DNA of 64,000 bases from Candidatus Eiseniibacteriota bacterium (GTDB lineage: Bacteria; Eisenbacteria; RBG-16-71-46; SZUA-252): positions 576,001 through 640,000 of the forward strand of contig OY969801.1 in assembly GCA_963703225.1 (NCBI GenBank), in the 5' to 3' direction. The position numbers and the translations under genes are program-made. This document shows positions 59,377-64,000 of the stretch, piece by piece (position 1 is the first letter of the stretch; each line of letters opens with the position of its first letter). A model generated the notes under the pieces. It was not told where the DNA came from. It ran no database searches and saw only the letters and a list, made by a program, of their open reading frames with translations.

Positions 59377-60777
59377 CTACCGCTTCGCCGCCTGAACCAG
59401 CGAGTCCAGCTCGGCTCGCGACAACTCGGGAGCATTCCCCCGCATCGGCCAGGACTGGACAATGCGATCCACGTCCAGCTTCTGTTCATCGATCCAAGCG
59501 AGTAGCGGCGCCGTACGGCCGCTGGCTCGGAGCTTCCCGTCGGCGGCGCGCACCCAACCCAGCGAGCTTTCGAATAGGAGCTTCGCGCGCGGGAACCAGA
59601 ACACCACGAATTCGTCGGTGTGCTGCGAGCGATCGTAGGCGAGGGCGACGAGTTGATTCGTGGAGTCGGCGAGCTCGAACCGGTCCGAGAAGGTCCGGAT
59701 CCTCAACGGCCGGGGCGCACGCGCCAGCCGGTCAGGCTCGATCGTGAAGGGAAGAGCGGCGATCCCCCGTACGAACGCCTCATTCCCGGGCGTCGTGACC
59801 ACGGTCGCATCCTCCGCGATCATCGCACGAAGCCCGCCCGTGTAGTGCGGGTGATAGTGGCCGAAAAACGCATAGCGGATCGGTTTCTGCGGCCAACGCT
59901 TCCTGGCCGCATCGGCCAGCCGCTCGCCGTTCGAGCTCCCCACCGCGAACTCGATCAGAGTCAGGTAATCCGAGAACTCAACGATCAAGGTCCGTGAGTT
60001 GATGTCGTCCATGTCCGCAGACCAGATACCGGGTGATAACGGGACGATCTTGGGCTCATCGACGAGCTTGTCGGGATCTGCGGGCGGGGTGTCGAACACA
60101 CTCGGCGAGCGGAGCAGCGACTCCGCCGGCGCCTGGTCGGACCACGACACGAGATGCTCCGCCATCCGCCACTGCCAGTCGCGTCGGTGGAGCACCATAA
60201 GAAAGGCTTGGGGTGCGACGTCGCCGTCCTTCCAGGTGTAGACGATCGAGTCGCGCACGTCGCCCAAACGCGGATGCGCCCAAGGCTCGAGGTAACGGTC
60301 AGGCCGCGCGATCTTCCCGATCAGCTCGCCGCGCCACTCGGTTTTGTGGCCGCGCGCCAAGCGCTGTAGCTCGGCGGGAAAGCCGGCCAGCGCCTGGAGG
60401 CGACCCTCGTACGCTCTTCTGCCGGTGAAAAGCACCCACCGCGCACCGGGCGCGTCGCGGTGAAACACACTGTCGCCGGACACGAGGTAGGTCTCCGGCA
60501 CCCGTGCGGTGTCTCCCTCGGACCACGTCGTCCAATCCAGTCGGGCGCTCCCGCCGGGCTCGCCATAGAACCGCTGCTCGGAGCCATAGGATCGGGTCTC
60601 TCCGGGTCGGCGGTAGTCCGCCTTCAGCCAGAGCGTGCCCTGGTAGCGGATCTGGGCCGGGCGGGGAGCGATCTTCTTGGGCGTTCGGGCGTCGCCCGGT
60701 GCCGCTTGGAAGGGGACGATCGAGGCACCGATCGCGAGGATGGCGATCCACGCGGGGGCTTTAAGAATGCATCTCAT
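59377..60777 (-). CDS. secreted protein with C-terminal metallo-beta-lactamase-like fold (cassette 5)
   Basis: Signal peptide; LIVEFSDY, KPIRY..GHYHPHYTGGLR (variant HxHxDH), HTDE...FPRAKLLFE. Confidence 0.75.
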   Translation of the reverse strand: MRCILKAPAWIAILAIGASIVPFQAAPGDARTPKKIAPRPAQIRYQGTLWLKADYRRPGETRSYGSEQRFYGEPGGSARLDWTTWSEGDTARVPETYLVSGDSVFHRDAPGARWVLFTGRRAYEGRLQALAGFPAELQRLARGHKTEWRGELIGKIARPDRYLEPWAHPRLGDVRDSIVYTWKDGDVAPQAFLMVLHRRDWQWRMAEHLVSWSDQAPAESLLRSPSVFDTPPADPDKLVDEPKIVPLSPGIWSADMDDINSRTLIVEFSDYLTLIEFAVGSSNGERLADAARKRWPQKPIRYAFFGHYHPHYTGGLRAMIAEDATVVTTPGNEAFVRGIAALPFTIEPDRLARAPRPLRIRTFSDRFELADSTNQLVALAYDRSQHTDEFVVFWFPRAKLLFESSLGWVRAADGKLRASGRTAPLLAWIDEQKLDVDRIVQSWPMRGNAPELSRAELDSLVQAAKR

Positions 60778-60809
60778 GGCGGGAGCTAGGGTAGCGCCAT
60801 CGCCCTGGC

Positions 60810-60995
60810 GACTGTAGTCTAACTGTAGTTGACGCCAGCGGAGCTGGCCGTCACGAACCGTGAGTGTCGCCCGCGCAGGGCGGCCTCAACATGGGGTCTT
60901 CGCTACATTTCGTGACATTTCGTGCCGGCGGGTGACATTGCGGGCTTCGACTCTTAATCAGTAGGTTCTAGGTTCGATTCCTAGGCGGCGCACCA
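60810..60995 (+). repeat. cassette repeat R5 (tRNA block 60949-60995)
   Basis: Full arm and an identical 47-bp block. Confidence 0.95.
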
Positions 60996-61172
60996 CTTTA
61001 GTCGAGGCATTCCAGCGCCTTCCCCACCGTATCCCTCAGTTAGGGAAGGCGGGCTTCTAGCACAGGTGAACGGCTTCCCGATTTTTCGAATTCGCTTGGC
61101 TGTAAGGGCCGCCTCCCGCTAGGTTCCGGGGCAGCACCTTGAGCGCCCTTACGCAACCGATCGGGAGGCTCC

Positions 61173-61535
61173 ATGCATCGGTCCTGGCACCCCGTCCGTC
61201 TGGCTTTCCCGTGGCTTCTCACCATCGCGACCCTTCTCGTCATCCCGGGCTGCATGGGCAAGACACCCATCAAGACCCTTCTGGACGATCCAGAGCTTAA
61301 CAACGGCAAGCAGGTACAAATCGCGGGAGAGGTGACGAAGTCCCCCGCGATGCCGGGATCCGACTCTTTCGAGGTCGACGACGGAACCGGTAAGGTCTTT
61401 GTGCTCTCGAAGGAACACGGGAGTCCGCGGGAAGGCACCAAGGTCGTCGTGAAGGGGATCTTTTACGCTTCGATCTCGTCCAAGACCCAGACGTTCGCGG
61501 CCGTCATGGAGACGGTGCCCCGCAAGAATAGGTAA
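61173..61535 (+). CDS. small OB-fold lipoprotein (cassette 6)
   Basis: GGAGG RBS; LVIPGC lipobox-like; IKTLLDDP...GKQVQIAGEV...FEVDDGTGKV. Confidence 0.75.
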   Translation: MHRSWHPVRLAFPWLLTIATLLVIPGCMGKTPIKTLLDDPELNNGKQVQIAGEVTKSPAMPGSDSFEVDDGTGKVFVLSKEHGSPREGTKVVVKGIFYASISSKTQTFAAVMETVPRKNR

Positions 61536-61677
61536 CCCGACCCCGTTTTCTTTCCCGTCAGCGGTTCGTGGGGGTGGTTCTCCGGAAGGTCAAGTCGACT
61601 TCGGAGGCAGGCACCGGATAAGGCTGGTGAGTCATGCGGCCCGAACCCTCAGGAGCGTGGGAGCGCAGCGCGGGAGC

Positions 61678-61863
61678 GACTGTAGTCCAAGTGTAGTTGA
61701 CGCCACCGTAGCTGGCCGTCGCGAACGGGGAGTGTGACCCCCCACGGAGCAGGGTCAACGCGCCGTCTTGGTTACATTTCGTGACGATTCGCGCCGGTTC
61801 GCGACACCCCGGGCTTCGACTCTTAATCAGTAGGTTCTAGGTTCGATTCCTAGGCGGCGCACC
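61678..61863 (+). repeat. cassette repeat R6 (tRNA block 61818-61863, CCA changed to CCG)
   Basis: Arm with several substitutions; 46-bp identity to the tRNA. Confidence 0.93.
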
Positions 61864-61912
61864 GCTCTACCCGAGGGACGGTCGTGTAAGTGTAGTTAAC
61901 GCGCGGCCAACG

Positions 61913-61948
61913 AATCGCCCCGCCCGATACGCCGGGCAGGGCGATTTT
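61913..61948. terminator. hairpin terminator downstream of the cassette 7 gene
   Basis: AATCGCCCcGCCCG-atacgc-CGGGCaGGGCGATT followed by TT. Confidence 0.55.
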
Positions 61949-61975
61949 CCTTCAATGATCGTCTTGGAGGGCGAA

Positions 61976-63310
61976 CTACAGTGACCTGAGGAACGCCATC
62001 AGGGCCTCGCGCTGGCGAAAATTGAGCCTCTCGAAGTTCCTGCGGGCGGCACTCCCCTGACCATCATGCGCGAGGATCGCCGCTTCGGGCGTCTTCGCAC
62101 GACCGTCGTGGAGGAACGATGGCCGCGCCATCAGACCCCAGAGGGGCGTGGTTCGCATCTCGCGAGCCCGGGCATCCCCCTGGACAATGCCGTCGCCCAG
62201 CTTGCCCATGTCGTGCAGCAGGAAGTCCGAGTACGGCTGGAAGGTCTTGTTCGACAGTGCCTGCACCGGACTGAATCCCGTCCGCTGGGAAGGCGTATGA
62301 CAGTTGGCGCAACCGATGTTCTGGAACACCTTCTCGCCGGCTTGGGTCAGGCTGTTCGTGGGGCCCCGCGGCGGTGGACCGAGGAAGGTCATGAAGTCCG
62401 TGAACAGAGCCACACCCTCGCCGTCGTCGTTAAGGTCCGGTACCGGGTTGAACTTCAACGCATCCCCGTCCCCCTGAGGCTGGTTCTCGGTCGCGAACTC
62501 CGGATTCGTGATTCCCATCTCGTTCAAGTAGGCGTCGCCGGCGAACTGGAACAACGTGGGGACCTGCGCCTTCCATCCGAAACGGCTGGCGCGCATCGCG
62601 CCAGTGCGAATCTCCTTCACCATGTGGACCCTGCCCTGCGTGGGGCCGGCCTCGCGTTGGGCCAGCGCCATCAGCGCCTCGTCGGGGATGGCGTCCACCA
62701 ATCCAAGACCGAAGAGCGGCGTGGTGATTCGGAGAGCGGTCTGGTTCGCTAGTCGTGGCACGACCTCGGGTACGAACGTGAAGAATGAGAGTCCCCGGTA
62801 GCCGGAGGGTCGCCGGCCGGAGTTGCGATCGATGCGGACCTTGCCGATCGCCTGATCCTGCACGAGCGAGCCGCCGAGCCGGTTGAGGGGATCGAACTTT
62901 CCCCGGTCCCACTTGCCGAACCGGGTCTCGAGGCGCCCACTGGTGCCGCCGATGGGGGCACTGTGGCACGTGACGCACCCGGCCTCGTTGAATACGGGAC
63001 CCAGCCCATCCTCGATGGTCTCGATCTCCTCGAAGTCCTCCTGGCCTGCCTCGAAACGCGCCAGCTCTGCCGGAGTCAGCCCCGCGATCGGCCCTCCCAG
63101 GGTCGTGGCGAGCGTGAAGTCGCCGGTTCCAGCGGGGCTGGACAACAGATCCGTCTCGTGCGCCGGCGCCGGCGCCAGCGGCGCGGTGCTGCCCTGCTCG
63201 TCCCGCGCGCACCCGGCGAGTGCGAACGTCGCGAGAAGGGCAAGCGCGACGGGGGCGGTCAGGTGCGTGGATGGTGAGCAGAGTTGTCTGAACTGCCTTG
63301 GTGGGTGCAT
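61976..63310 (-). CDS. di-heme oxidoreductase family (thiol oxidoreductase-like) lipoprotein (cassette 7)
   Basis: LAGC lipobox; GLGPVFN, CVTCH, LFGLGLV, RFGWKA, CANCH, DFLLHDMG, FLHDGRA. Confidence 0.88.
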   Translation of the reverse strand: MHPPRQFRQLCSPSTHLTAPVALALLATFALAGCARDEQGSTAPLAPAPAHETDLLSSPAGTGDFTLATTLGGPIAGLTPAELARFEAGQEDFEEIETIEDGLGPVFNEAGCVTCHSAPIGGTSGRLETRFGKWDRGKFDPLNRLGGSLVQDQAIGKVRIDRNSGRRPSGYRGLSFFTFVPEVVPRLANQTALRITTPLFGLGLVDAIPDEALMALAQREAGPTQGRVHMVKEIRTGAMRASRFGWKAQVPTLFQFAGDAYLNEMGITNPEFATENQPQGDGDALKFNPVPDLNDDGEGVALFTDFMTFLGPPPRGPTNSLTQAGEKVFQNIGCANCHTPSQRTGFSPVQALSNKTFQPYSDFLLHDMGKLGDGIVQGDARAREMRTTPLWGLMARPSFLHDGRAKTPEAAILAHDGQGSAARRNFERLNFRQREALMAFLRSL

Positions 63311-63392
63311 CGGGGCCTCCTTGGTGGGGAACAAATCCAAGAAGACGGAGGCTCGCCTCCCCCCATGCCCAGGAAGCTCGTCTCGAGGCCAA

Positions 63393-63477
63393 GTAGTCTA
63401 CGACATTGGCCGCCGCGAGTCAAGTCGAATAGCACGACCTTGCGAAGTTCTAGGTTCGATTCCTAGGCGGCGCAGCA
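63393..63477 (+). repeat. degenerate cassette repeat R7
   Basis: 28-bp exact tRNA match GTTCTAGGTTCGATTCCTAGGCGGCGCA at 63447-63474; upstream GTAGTCTA...TGGCCGCCGCGA resembles a collapsed arm. Confidence 0.7.
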
Positions 63478-63624
63478 ACTTGCCTCGTGTGGCGTGGACC
63501 CTGTCCGTTCCCAAGTGCCGCGGGCCTAACGGGTATCTCCTCGGAGTGAGGTGGGAGTGTTATCCTCCGGCATTGCCTTTGAACTTCCGGCCGCGTGGCC
63601 ACCCTTCAGGTTTGGAGAATGCCC

Positions 63625-64000
63625 ATGAGCAAGTCCGCTTGGTTCGCTCTATCGCTCCTGCTGTTCGCGTTGCCGGTCTCTGCTGAAGTCCAACGGACCA
63701 CCGGGACGCGCGGCGGAAAGCCCTACCTCGAAATGACCAATGACCGGGTCATGATCGGCACGGTCATCGCGATCGACCAGACCACGCGCGAGGTGAAACT
63801 GCTCAACGAAGCAGGCGACACCCTTACGGTGGTGGCCGGCAACCACGTGAAGAACTTGGCCCAGGTCCGGGTTGAGGACGTGGTCAAGCTCAGGATCAAG
63901 GAGCAGCTAACCATTCAGGTCACCTCGAGCCCGGCGGTGAGAGACACGCAGGAGGTTTCCGTAAAGTCCGCCGAGCCCGGAGAAAAGCCCCACGGCACGA
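63625..64000 (+). CDS. secreted hypothetical protein, 3' truncated (not in the ORF track; possible cassette 8)
   Basis: GGAG RBS; MSKSAWFALSLLLFALPVSA signal; GTVIAIDQTTREVKL...VKNLAQVRVEDVV; open to the window end. Confidence 0.75.
   Translation, partial: MSKSAWFALSLLLFALPVSAEVQRTTGTRGGKPYLEMTNDRVMIGTVIAIDQTTREVKLLNEAGDTLTVVAGNHVKNLAQVRVEDVVKLRIKEQLTIQVTSSPAVRDTQEVSVKSAEPGEKPHGT

Noticed and set aside
56922..61863. Extra functional tRNA-Lys genes
   Set aside because: The copies lack the D-arm and the 5' anticodon-stem strand; only the 3' 46-47 nt match.
56782..63477. CRISPR array
   Set aside because: Repeats are about 187 bp, the spacers are whole genes, and there are no cas genes.
55652..64000. 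Classical integron (attC/IntI)
   Set aside because: The repeats are dominated by direct repeats and a tRNA block rather than an end-to-end attC palindrome, and no intI is visible.

Overview
High-GC bacterial chromosome segment. Many secreted proteins with FlgD/T9SS-type C-terminal domains and PorV-like barrels suggest an FCB-related candidate lineage such as Ca. Eisenbacteria (inference only). 1-37 kb holds metabolic genes (aldehyde dehydrogenase, asparaginase II, ppdK, aminotransferase, carbamate kinase) and a surface/secretion cluster: a 2.4-kaa Ig-repeat protein, a PorV-like-TPR protein, an RsbW-HAMP-SpoIIE-HTH protein, a STAS(-HTH) protein, a VWA protein and lamin-tail proteins. 37-48 kb is a block of small accessory-type genes ending at tRNA-Leu. 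48-55.5 kb is core (smpB, amidase, GerMN, murI, rph, rdgB, tRNA-Pro/Arg/His, ssb). The main discovery starts at tRNA-Lys(CTT) (55576-55651): a tandem array of single-gene cassettes, each closed by a ~187-bp repeat made of a conserved ~140-bp arm with short direct repeats plus the exact 3' 47 bp of that tRNA, starting at the anticodon stem-loop. There are five full copies, one truncated and one degenerate, and no integrase is visible in the window. It looks like an integron-like gene-cassette array that uses a tRNA gene as its integration site.
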